64,000 nucleotides of DNA, from the IMG/VR virus record IMGVR_UViG_2585427591_000001, positions 22,653 to 86,652 of that record; one strand, given 5' to 3'. Below the pieces are notes generated by a model that did not search any database, had not been told where the DNA came from, and worked only from the letters and a program-made list of their open reading frames with translations. A program made the position numbers and the translations under genes. This document shows positions 39,297-46,794 of the stretch, piece after piece; within the stretch, counting starts at the first letter, position 1; each line of letters starts with the position of its first letter. This stretch comes from a virus. Lineage: Duplodnaviria; Caudoviricetes.

Positions 39297-39767
39297 ATGG
39301 GAAATGATGCGATAACGCTCACTGGCGGGCTGATGGCGAGTGAGAACGGGGTGTTGTATAAAGCCCAGCTGCTTGACTACTACTACGAGCGCCGCGCGTA
39401 CTCGTCAATTGGTGTGGGTGAGCGCTTTGAGATGCTGAAAGGGTGGTTCGGGACCAGTGACCTGGTAACCCAAAACCCGGAAGGGGGCTGGATAATTGCA
39501 GACATTCCCCCGGAGTTTTCTAACGCGGATTTCAAAAACAAGTTCGCTGAATGCGCTCTTCTGCGCAGCTATGCTGACGGGCGCATAACGCTGCGCGCAG
39601 AACTGCAAGATAAAGAGCTGCCGGAAAACACACCCTACGATTTCAACACGCTGGCCATCGCTGACGCTGAGGCTAATGTGGTTGCGATTCTTTGCATTCA
39701 GCAAGACACATTGTACCGCGGTAAGCGCTTTATTGCCGTCCTCACTATAGAGACGAGGATTGCGTAA
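39297..39767 (+). CDS. Tail fibre assembly/structure protein R-like
   Basis: LYKAQLLDYYYERRA.SSIG.G.RF; precedes the fibre gene. Confidence 0.72.
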   Translation: MGNDAITLTGGLMASENGVLYKAQLLDYYYERRAYSSIGVGERFEMLKGWFGTSDLVTQNPEGGWIIADIPPEFSNADFKNKFAECALLRSYADGRITLRAELQDKELPENTPYDFNTLAIADAEANVVAILCIQQDTLYRGKRFIAVLTIETRIA

Positions 39768-41074
39768 TGAGTGATCCGAACGAAATGGTTCCCTTCCAGG
39801 CAAATGCGTTAATCACCGTTCCCGATTTAGACACTTTTGCGCTTGTTGCCGATGTTCAGTATCACGAACCCTATGTATCAGGCTCATTGAACCGCAAATT
39901 CAGGGGGATCGTTAGTCCAGGAATTTACAACGGCTATCTGCCTGCGCCGGGCGAAGGGCTTCAATTACTCATCGGGATGGCTGAAGACGGCTTTAGCACA
40001 GCATCGGTGAACTTCGGTGAGTACCAGATTACCGTGCAACAGCGCAAACCTGTTGCATTGGATCTCATGCCTGGACTGACGCATTTCATCGTGCTTCAGG
40101 TCTCATATGCGCTGGGGCAGGAAACTAACCAGGTCAACACTAAATCGACGATCGCCGCCGCCGAAATTAAAGCCGTGGCAAGTGTTGGCCAGAATCAGAT
40201 TGACCTAGCGACGGTAACTATCCCGGCTGGCGCGACGCAAATAACTGAAGACATGATCGACTGGTCAAGACGGAAAGTTGTCAGGCTGGGAATCGAGATA
40301 AGTTCTGCTATTGATAGCACGCGTGAAGACGTGGCGGCCTCAAGTCTTGCGATTAAATTGGTGATGGACCAACTCGTTATCGCAGAAGAAGGAAGTTATC
40401 CGATCGGCTCTCCAATTCCCTGGCCTCTGGATGTAGCGCCAACTGGCTATGCAATTATGGCAGGTCAGTCCTTCAATGTGGTCAAATACACCAAATTAGC
40501 CATGGTGTACGTCCACGGCGTCCTACCTGATATGCGTGAAAAGACGATCAAAGGCGCTTCAGCTAGCCGGTTGCCGCTCACAAACGAAATGCCGGGCATT
40601 GGCAAGCACACGCACTCAGGGGCGATAGCACAAACAGACTTGGGAACCAAAATTACTGAGATATATAACTACGGCACCATAACTTCTGAACGCACTGATC
40701 CTGGCAGTGGGATGACCACGTCTTTTGACTACGGCACAAAAACAACATCAACAACTGGTGAGCATGCACACATGGTCCCAATAGCGCGTGGAGGGGACGG
40801 GGGGGACGGTAAAGACGGTAGCACACCGTACACAACCATCGGCCAAGGGGACACTGTAACAACAACAAGCGGTGCTCATTCACACGCCGTTGGCATTGGC
40901 TCTCATGCGCATACAATGCCATTCCCAGTGCATAGTCACGCAATAAATCTTCCATCGCATTCGCACAGTTTGGCGCTGGGCTCGCATAGTCATGCAATCT
41001 CTATTTCGTCGACAGGAAACCCTACAACAACTGTACTGAACACTGCATTCCACTGGATCGTGAGGCTAGTATGA
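39767..41074 (+). CDS. Tail fibre protein S-like
   Basis: LVADVQYHEPY.S.SLNRKFRGIV N-terminus; collar domain YPIGSPIPWP; multiple HxH motifs; FHWIVRLV end. Confidence 0.88.
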   Translation: MSDPNEMVPFQANALITVPDLDTFALVADVQYHEPYVSGSLNRKFRGIVSPGIYNGYLPAPGEGLQLLIGMAEDGFSTASVNFGEYQITVQQRKPVALDLMPGLTHFIVLQVSYALGQETNQVNTKSTIAAAEIKAVASVGQNQIDLATVTIPAGATQITEDMIDWSRRKVVRLGIEISSAIDSTREDVAASSLAIKLVMDQLVIAEEGSYPIGSPIPWPLDVAPTGYAIMAGQSFNVVKYTKLAMVYVHGVLPDMREKTIKGASASRLPLTNEMPGIGKHTHSGAIAQTDLGTKITEIYNYGTITSERTDPGSGMTTSFDYGTKTTSTTGEHAHMVPIARGGDGGDGKDGSTPYTTIGQGDTVTTTSGAHSHAVGIGSHAHTMPFPVHSHAINLPSHSHSLALGSHSHAISISSTGNPTTTVLNTAFHWIVRLV

Positions 41075-41778
41075 CAGCAACGTTTGAATTCTCTGACCAA
41101 CCCCAAATTCTCAAAGTTTATAACTTCACTTCTGACACGCATGAGTTTATCGGCCAAAGCGATGCTTATATTCCAGAAGACACCGGCTTACCCGCTGATT
41201 GCACATTAAACGCACCACCTGAAGAAGTTAAAAGCGGTCACGTTCTGGTGTGGGATGGCGAAAAATGGAATGAGGTTGAAGACAACCGCAATTCCATCGC
41301 ATATGACATTCACACGGGCGCGGCGGTTCCTGTAAACACGTTGGGACCACTTGAAGGCTTAACGCCGCTGGTGCCAAAAGAGACGGACATATGGGATGGT
41401 AACAAATGGGTACCCGATCTTGAGCGAATCCGCCAAGCTAAAATCACTGAAATAAAACAATTGCGCGACCGGCTGATGAGCGATCACGTTCTGATTGAAG
41501 GTGTGCCATTTAACAGTGATCCCTCCTCCCGAATTCAGCAGATAACGCTGACAAAAATGGGGCAAGAAGGAACGGTCCCTGATGGTTTCAAATGGCAGAA
41601 TAAAAACAACGAAATGGTTACGTTGACTAACAGCATGGCAAGCAAATTCGAACAAGAAACCATGCAGCATGACATCCGCATATTTACTACTGCTTCAAAC
41701 CATATTTCTACGTTAAGCGATCTGAATGATATTCAGTCGATTATTGATTACGACATCAGTAACGGCTGGGTAATCTGA
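41071..41778 (+). CDS. Tail fibre assembly chaperone (Tfa/U-like, extended C-terminus)
   Basis: VYNF..DT.EFIG.SDAYIP.DTGLPADCT..APP. Confidence 0.85.
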   Translation: MTATFEFSDQPQILKVYNFTSDTHEFIGQSDAYIPEDTGLPADCTLNAPPEEVKSGHVLVWDGEKWNEVEDNRNSIAYDIHTGAAVPVNTLGPLEGLTPLVPKETDIWDGNKWVPDLERIRQAKITEIKQLRDRLMSDHVLIEGVPFNSDPSSRIQQITLTKMGQEGTVPDGFKWQNKNNEMVTLTNSMASKFEQETMQHDIRIFTTASNHISTLSDLNDIQSIIDYDISNGWVI

Positions 41779-41785
41779 TACTGCC

Positions 41786-41812
41786 GGCCTCGCTATTCAG
41801 CGGGGCTTTTTT
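41786..41812 (+). terminator. Rho-independent terminator
   Basis: GGCCTCGCT-ATTC-AGCGGGGCTTTTTT. Confidence 0.8.
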
Positions 41813-41856
41813 CTGCCCCCCTTCCACACGCCTAAGTTACCTTGCCATCTGCGCGC

Positions 41857-41875
41857 GGTTCACTTTTGTTAGGTT
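41857..41875 (+). promoter_or_regulatory. Late promoter (lydA-dar operon)
   Basis: GGTTCAC-N6-TAGGTT. Confidence 0.75.
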
Positions 41876-41899
41876 GTAATCAACCACAGGAGGTGCGCA

Positions 41900-42214
41900 G
41901 TGAGTTTTTGGAATGAACTCCCACAGATTGTCATCGTTATCCTGCTTTCGCTGGGAAGCGGAACCGGAGGCTATATAAACGATGTAAGAAAGGGACAAAA
42001 AAAAGCCAGTTTTCTTGATTTAACCGCTGATCTGTTTCTTGCGACTACTGCGGGCTTGCTGGCGCTGTACTTCGGCCAGTGGCGTGCGTGGGAAGACCCA
42101 CTGATCTATCTCATCGTGCTAATTGCAACAAACAACGGCGCAGAGATTTTAGAAGTGTGCAAAACGAAACTTATCAGCGCAATGAATAGCTATGCGGGAA
42201 AAGGAGCAAAGTAA
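41900..42214 (+). CDS. lydA: Holin LydA
   Basis: Hydrophobic segments; TAGL and NNGAEIL motifs; heads the dar operon. Confidence 0.75.
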   Translation: MSFWNELPQIVIVILLSLGSGTGGYINDVRKGQKKASFLDLTADLFLATTAGLLALYFGQWRAWEDPLIYLIVLIATNNGAEILEVCKTKLISAMNSYAGKGAK

Positions 42215-42628
42215 ATGGACCATTACATAAGTTTTTTCATGATTGTAGCCGCAGCGGTTGCAGACCGCTTCATTTTGAAACGCCGTCGGGTAGTTCTCAG
42301 CTCGCTCGGTGAAGCGACAGAGACAGAAACTCAATACCTGTTTCCGTGCGCCTATACAGTGAAATCACGGCGTAAACACGGAGCATTCGTTCGTTACCAG
42401 CTGCGTGATGCAAAAAAGCCGACGATGGTAATTAAAGGCAAGTCACGATCGCTGGAATTGTCTGGCCGCGGCGAGCATTACGAATACCTTGCGATCAACA
42501 AAGCGGAAATCAAACCGGGTGAATGGCTACTCGATGTGCAGATTACGCAGGGGGCATCGTTCTGGAATCCGCTTTACAAAATATATCCGATCGTTGACGC
42601 GTTAAAGCGCACGTACAAGTTACGTTAA
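42215..42628 (+). CDS. lydB: Antiholin LydB
   Basis: N-terminal TM, EYL.I...GEWLLDV.IT.G.SFWNPLY.I.P. Confidence 0.72.
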   Translation: MDHYISFFMIVAAAVADRFILKRRRVVLSSLGEATETETQYLFPCAYTVKSRRKHGAFVRYQLRDAKKPTMVIKGKSRSLELSGRGEHYEYLAINKAEIKPGEWLLDVQITQGASFWNPLYKIYPIVDALKRTYKLR

Positions 42629-42637
42629 AGGTGACAA

Positions 42638-43261
42638 ATGAATCTCAAATCGCAAAACAAAAATCAATACGCCGTACTCGATTTCGAACAGATCAACGAA
42701 AAGGGGTTAAAGCCGCTGATTACCGCGATCAACAAAGGCACAGGCCCGGATATCGCATCTGTAGAAGCATCAAATAAAGCGGTGAAGAAAGACGGTATAC
42801 CGACAAAAACGGCGGTTCTGCGATTTGATGATCAGCAAGAACTTAAGATGCTGGTGAATGACACAGGGGATATCTCAACGCTGACGCTTAACGGTAAGAA
42901 AGTACCGGTACCGGAAGCGAAGACAATAACTGCGCTTGGAAAAGCCATTTCCGGCGCAGCGGTGCAGGCCGCTCCAGCTTTTGCGAAGAGCATGACTAAA
43001 AAGCTTCAGGCCGTCATGCGTAAAGCCGCGGATAGGCCGGCAGTTAAGTCGAATATACAGCGATTGCAGGAAGCCAAAACGACAGCAGGAGTAGCGCAGG
43101 CAAACGTTGATGTGCTGAAAACTGCAATGGGAAAGGAACAAACGCGGCAGGCACAAACGTTAACTCAGGTTAGCCAGGAAAAAGCCAGGTTAGAATCCGA
43201 GCGGGCCATTACCCGGACACTCAAAGAAAAAATAGCAAATCTGGAGGCTCAGAATGTCTAG
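42638..43261 (+). CDS. hdf: Hdf (DarA-fragment homologue)
   Basis: YA.LDFEQINEKGLKPLI.AINK...VNDTGDIS..LNGK. Confidence 0.8.
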   Translation: MNLKSQNKNQYAVLDFEQINEKGLKPLITAINKGTGPDIASVEASNKAVKKDGIPTKTAVLRFDDQQELKMLVNDTGDISTLTLNGKKVPVPEAKTITALGKAISGAAVQAAPAFAKSMTKKLQAVMRKAADRPAVKSNIQRLQEAKTTAGVAQANVDVLKTAMGKEQTRQAQTLTQVSQEKARLESERAITRTLKEKIANLEAQNV

Positions 43262-44666
43262 CGAACTGCGTCAGTGCGATGCACTTAAGATCCGGGACCG
43301 GTACGATGTGGGTACATACAGTGTCACTGATGCTGTATTTGATGACCTTCAGACTGATGGTGGCAACCTGCTTTTAAGTGAAGCGTGCGACATGCCGATG
43401 TTCGAATCGACTCACTTCTACGATACGGACATTCACGAATCCCATACCCTGTTATTAGAAGCAATCACGACTACGCGCGCGCGTATCTCACAGACAATGC
43501 GCGCTTTCATCCGTGCACTGAATGCTTCTTTGCAGGGTACGGATATCACTGCGGGCGTGACCGATGGATCCGACGTCGACGGTGACAGCAAAGTCCTGGG
43601 CGGTGCAGAAATCGGCAAAGCCCGCAAATCAGCAGGCCTGGCCGTTCTCCCGGCGCGTATACCACTGAGCGACGGCCAATCCGTCACGATAGTATTTCAC
43701 TCGCCTTCTGGCGACGTAGGCAAAATTACAGCACAAGATACGCTGGTAGCGTTTCGTTTTTATCTGAACAAACGCGATGTTACCCACGTTGTAGCGCCGA
43801 TGAGCGGCCGCGATTTGTCTCTCAAACAGACAACACAGGTGCTCGCGAACCTGATCGAACGCAACTCACCAAAATTCCAGCGTTCACGCGACAAGAACGC
43901 AAAACTGTTGGCGGAAATAGAAGAACAAGATGTTATTACCACAGGGCTTGAAGAAGAAAGCCAAAGGCTGGTGATAGAGAGCGAATCGTTACTTGCCGCA
44001 GGGCAAGGTTTGGACAGTGAATACGATAAATATCGGGAACTGGCGGACAACCAGGCACAAATAAACGCAGGGCTCATGTCCGAAATTAGCAAGCTTGAAA
44101 AGCGCGGCGCAGATACTGCGCAACTACCAGCCATAACGGATAAAACCCGGCAGATTAAAGAAAATCTAAGTTCCTTTGGAACACACACTTTATCTGACGG
44201 TTCAGTAATACAGTTCAAAGACAGCAAGGTGACCATCACAACGCCGGAAAACACCACCTATACAATGGAAAGTGAATCAATGCAGGGCGGTACGATGTCG
44301 CTCACTGCAATGAAGTTGTTAAAACTGTATCGAGATGGAAAAGCTGCCCCTTACATTGTTGAAGTAACGCCAGAACCGGACCCCGTACCAGAGCCCGATC
44401 CAATTCCTGACCCTGAGCCCACCCCTGATCCAGAGCCTGACCCCACCCCAGATATTCAGCCGTCACTTGATGCCATACACCGCGCAGAAAATGCGGATGA
44501 GAGCCTTAGCATTCAGAACATTAAGCAACTGGTGAAGGACCTGCGAGGCGCATATGCGGGCCTCGCCGAAGCCGGTGTACTTGAGGAGTATGAGGGGCGC
44601 TTAAACGAAGCCGCAGACCACCTGGGCGACTTGCTTAACAAAATTGCGACCGTGAAGAAGGAATGA
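43254..44666 (+). CDS. darA: Defence-against-restriction protein DarA (short form)
   Basis: IPLSDGQSVTIVFHSP...LVAFRFYLNKRDVTHVVAPMSGRD...NLIERNSPKFQR. Confidence 0.85.
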   Translation: MSSELRQCDALKIRDRYDVGTYSVTDAVFDDLQTDGGNLLLSEACDMPMFESTHFYDTDIHESHTLLLEAITTTRARISQTMRAFIRALNASLQGTDITAGVTDGSDVDGDSKVLGGAEIGKARKSAGLAVLPARIPLSDGQSVTIVFHSPSGDVGKITAQDTLVAFRFYLNKRDVTHVVAPMSGRDLSLKQTTQVLANLIERNSPKFQRSRDKNAKLLAEIEEQDVITTGLEEESQRLVIESESLLAAGQGLDSEYDKYRELADNQAQINAGLMSEISKLEKRGADTAQLPAITDKTRQIKENLSSFGTHTLSDGSVIQFKDSKVTITTPENTTYTMESESMQGGTMSLTAMKLLKLYRDGKAAPYIVEVTPEPDPVPEPDPIPDPEPTPDPEPDPTPDIQPSLDAIHRAENADESLSIQNIKQLVKDLRGAYAGLAEAGVLEEYEGRLNEAADHLGDLLNKIATVKKE

Positions 44667-44669
44667 CAG

Positions 44670-45032
44670 ATGCCGCTATCAACGCTTGAAAAACTCGAAT
44701 TGCAGGAGCAATTGGCAGATCTCCTGATACAAAGCCCGACGGCCAGCGGCCTCGATAAACTGGACATTCTGGAAGGAATCACCCTCATTCTTGAAAAATT
44801 AGGGTATGGCAGCAGCCCTGATACCGGAGTACCGCCGACTGAGAGCGAACTCCCGCAGTTGGTAACTGATTTTAAGCAGGGTGTGTACAAAAGCGCAGAC
44901 GTAGGCAAATTCATCGAGACGTTGCAGGAACTGGAGCAGTTCGTGCCTTCTTTCATCACACTCGACGAAGTAAAAGCAGGCACGGTGGACTGGGTAACAG
45001 AACACAGCGATCTAATTAAAACGGCCGCCTGA
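44670..45032 (+). CDS. ddrA: DdrA
   Basis: LSTLEKLEL..QL..L....A.GLD.LDI; follows darA. Confidence 0.75.
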   Translation: MPLSTLEKLELQEQLADLLIQSPTASGLDKLDILEGITLILEKLGYGSSPDTGVPPTESELPQLVTDFKQGVYKSADVGKFIETLQELEQFVPSFITLDEVKAGTVDWVTEHSDLIKTAA

Positions 45033-45168
45033 GCAGTTTGCTAACTTTGCATTTCCGCTGACGAGAAACCGCTTAGTTACGATTTTTTATGAGAAGAAAA
45101 ACCCAATAAAATACGATAGTTAAACATAATTTTATAATTATGATGTCGATGATACGGGGTATCAAACT

Positions 45169-45411
45169 ATGTGTGGTGACATGCACAGGGAATGCAGTTG
45201 CTCAAAATATGTGACACAGCATGCGTGGAACCGATGAATATGTGTCACAGCATGCGCGAAGTCACAAAATGATGTGTCACAGCATGCACGGAAGAGCGAA
45301 ATGACATCTGAGCCTCAAAGAGTTGCAGGCCATGACACATGTTTAAAGCGGGAAAGTTGGAATCAGCATGCTGCGACACATATTTAACCTTGTTAGCATG
45401 CTATGACACAT
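45169..45411. repeat. incA-like copy-control iteron cluster
   Basis: About seven ATGTGTCACAGCATGC-type repeats in both orientations downstream of repA. Confidence 0.85.
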
Positions 45412-45414
45412 TTT

Positions 45415-46278
45415 TTAATCGATACTCTTAAGTTTTTTATTTCTTTTATGAATTAAAACATAGCTTTCCCGGCCTTTCTTCGTAATCGAATACTCGATAT
45501 AACCGATTTTAGCCATCGCAAGCAGAGCCGCTTTAATGAGGCGGTTCTGTTCAAAAACGGCCGACGTGAGCAGCAGGCGGTCCCGTATACGCGTAAAGGA
45601 AATCGGGGCAGGGTTATCTGGCAGGCTGGCAATGTAGGTGTAAAGGGTCTGCGCTACTTCTTTGCCTTTCAGTTCGTTATACGGGTGTTTGCGTAAAAGG
45701 ATCGTATAATCAATTTTATACAGCTCCCACAGCCTTTCATCTGCTTCAAGGGTCACAGAGTCATCGACGCGATCCATCACCGCAGTTTTCAGTAACTGCG
45801 TGAAGAACATTTTGTCGCCGTCTTTGCGTTTGAACTGAACGACTTTAGTCCCCAGCTTTGAAAGCGAATCAAAAATCTGATTTCGCAACCGGTGATTAAT
45901 TTGCCGTGATTCATACTGGCAAAGATGTGCAAACTCTTTGAAAGGTAACTTAATTTTGTTGGTGTTCAGCCCGTACTTACTGAATGCACCAACAACTCCC
46001 ATCCAAACTGAGAAGTCGCTGGTGATATTAAGGCGCTCACCACGGATCTGTATGTCGTCGTAACCCTCTTTGCGCGCGAACGCTAATGAAGAAAAAGGGA
46101 CTGATACGTCAATGATGTGTTCGGACCCCTTTTTGAGTGCCCGGCTGTTAGGTACGAAGATCCCAAGGCGCAAAAGTATGGCTGGCTGAACAGACGAAGT
46201 TGATGTAACTGTGAGTTGTTTGTGAGAATTTTCGCCTTCTATTACAAGCGCTTCGCTAAAAAAATTGTTATCGCTCAA
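45415..46278 (-). CDS. repA: Plasmid replication initiator RepA (P1 RepA/RepFIB family)
   Basis: SVQPAILLRLGIFVP, EGYDDIQIRGERL...DFSVWMGVV, LYTYIASLP.NPAPISF.RIR.RL; TTG start. Confidence 0.92.
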   Translation of the reverse strand: MSDNNFFSEALVIEGENSHKQLTVTSTSSVQPAILLRLGIFVPNSRALKKGSEHIIDVSVPFSSLAFARKEGYDDIQIRGERLNITSDFSVWMGVVGAFSKYGLNTNKIKLPFKEFAHLCQYESRQINHRLRNQIFDSLSKLGTKVVQFKRKDGDKMFFTQLLKTAVMDRVDDSVTLEADERLWELYKIDYTILLRKHPYNELKGKEVAQTLYTYIASLPDNPAPISFTRIRDRLLLTSAVFEQNRLIKAALLAMAKIGYIEYSITKKGRESYVLIHKRNKKLKSID

Positions 46279-46335
46279 TCAGTTATCCCTTTTTCAGTAG
46301 AGCCATCAGTCAGTGTGAACAAGTTCGATGTTTTA

Positions 46336-46552
46336 CATGCTACGACACATCAGAATACGTGTTATGACACATATTTCTCATGCTGTCACACATGTTTTGC
46401 ATGACGCGACACATGTTTTACATGTTATGACACATGCAAAAGGGCTGTAACCCTTGCCACGTAGGGCCTGCGGCGATCGGGGATCTGTTAGGGATCTAAA
46501 AAGGATCTTAATTGGATCTGATATTGGATCTAAGCGGTGGATATGTGGATAA
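46336..46552. other. Plasmid origin oriR
   Basis: Five iterons (CATG.T..GACACAT at 46336, 46358, 46379, 46400, 46421; 21-22 bp spacing), GC-rich spacer, a run of GGATCT repeats, DnaA box TGTGGATAA at 46544-46552. Confidence 0.9.
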
Positions 46553-46745
46553 CCTTGAAAATTCAAAGAAATACCACAATGACTACGGAGTGGCCGCACC
46601 CAAGGTCAGAATATGTTGTGTGACGCTTACTCGCACAGAATAAATTCTGTACTGCGTCGAGCGTTGCGTTCTAGGAGATCTGCCTACCTTCGCAAAACGC
46701 CTCTCAAGGCATCCTGGCGGCACTGATAAACGGCCAGCATATCAG

Positions 46746-46764
46746 GGTTCACTTTTGATAACCT
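46746..46764 (+). promoter_or_regulatory. Late promoter (ddrB-hxr)
   Basis: GGTTCAC-N6-TAACCT. Confidence 0.72.
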
Positions 46765-46794
46765 GCGAGCTCTCACGGGCTGCCAGGATGACAT

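Noticed and set aside
41835-41843. AAGTTACCT, close to the P1 late operator
   Set aside because: Single occurrence at the wrong distance from the -10 box. The GGTTCAC motif explains this promoter.
45169-46435. Spaced repeats resembling a CRISPR array
   Set aside because: Short degenerate repeats in mixed orientation flanking repA, with GATC repeats and a DnaA box. These are iterons, and no cas genes are present.
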